DNA of 64,000 bases. It comes from an uncultured Chloroflexia bacterium (GTDB lineage: Bacteria; Chloroflexota; Limnocylindria; Limnocylindrales; CSP1-4). Under the pieces are notes generated by a model, which saw only the letters and a list, made by a program, of their open reading frames with translations, searched no databases and was not told the origin of the DNA. The stretch covers positions 1-64,000 of the forward strand of contig CAVTHS010000014.1 of assembly GCA_963734535.1 (NCBI GenBank), given 5' to 3'. This document shows positions 63,663-64,000 of the stretch, piece after piece (the first letter of the stretch is position 1; each line of letters starts with the position of its first letter). Both the position numbers and the translations under genes were made by a program.

Positions 63663-64000
63663 CCGAGCCCGGGCGCGCCCGGCCGGCGGCGTCCGAACCC
63701 GGACCTGCCGGTTCTCGGCGGCGACCCCGGACGACGCGCTCGTCGAGGCGATCGTCGTGCCCGAACGCGCTCTGGCGGCCCGAGGATCCGGCCGGCTACG
63801 GCGGCGGCGCGCTGCCGGACGACCCGCGCCTCGAGATGCGGCGCTACGACGAGTCCGGCGAGGGCCGCCGCGACGACGCTCGCTGGGGCGGCCTGGACAT
63901 TGTCCCCACGAAGGCCGACTACGTCCTGGACCTGATCCGGCTGAACAGCCTCTGGCCGCTCCTCTCGGGGCTGGCCTGCTGCGCCATCGAGATGATGTCC
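63653..64000 (+). CDS. nuoB: NADH-quinone oxidoreductase subunit B (5' part, runs off the window)
   Basis: Open frame from a GTG overlapping the nuoA end to ...RLNSLWPLLSGLACCAIEMMS (NuoB tandem Cys motif). Confidence 0.9.
   Translation, partial: MALTEPGRARPAASEPGPAGSRRRPRTTRSSRRSSCPNALWRPEDPAGYGGGALPDDPRLEMRRYDESGEGRRDDARWGGLDIVPTKADYVLDLIRLNSLWPLLSGLACCAIEMMS

Overview
Very GC-rich bacterial DNA. The gene content and style suggest Chloroflexota (possibly Limnocylindria-like), which is an inference only. Single-base frameshifts interrupt many housekeeping genes, most likely from long-read assembly errors. Positions 1-21.5 kb form a regulator-rich accessory block with three large STAND/TPR transcription factors (two MalT-like paralogs and one AAA_16-TPR-wHTH type), a TetR/oxidoreductase pair and a decayed two-component system. 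This block also holds a membrane cupredoxin, a membrane-targeted protein made of five perfect 23-aa repeats, and a DUF4386-DDN-ABC operon behind an array of TCACCAC boxes. From 21.6 kb on, the genes are mostly core: a sugar ABC system, ferredoxin reductase, thioesterase, acyP, holB, an NYN protein with a long disordered tail, livKHMGF, hpt, csoR, an orphan kinase and rsmG. These are followed by a KimA-USP-TrkA-TrkA potassium operon, a hsp20-hspR-lon-dnaJ-clpB heat-shock operon, a Nudix hydrolase, purH, folK, a MidA-type methyltransferase and the start of the nuo operon. The best candidate for an undescribed system is the repeat propeptide plus cupredoxin operon divergent from a STAND regulator, with tandem operator-like repeats between them (5.3-10.3 kb). 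No rRNA, tRNA, CRISPR array or transposase was recognised. All family calls come from motif recognition, not database searches.
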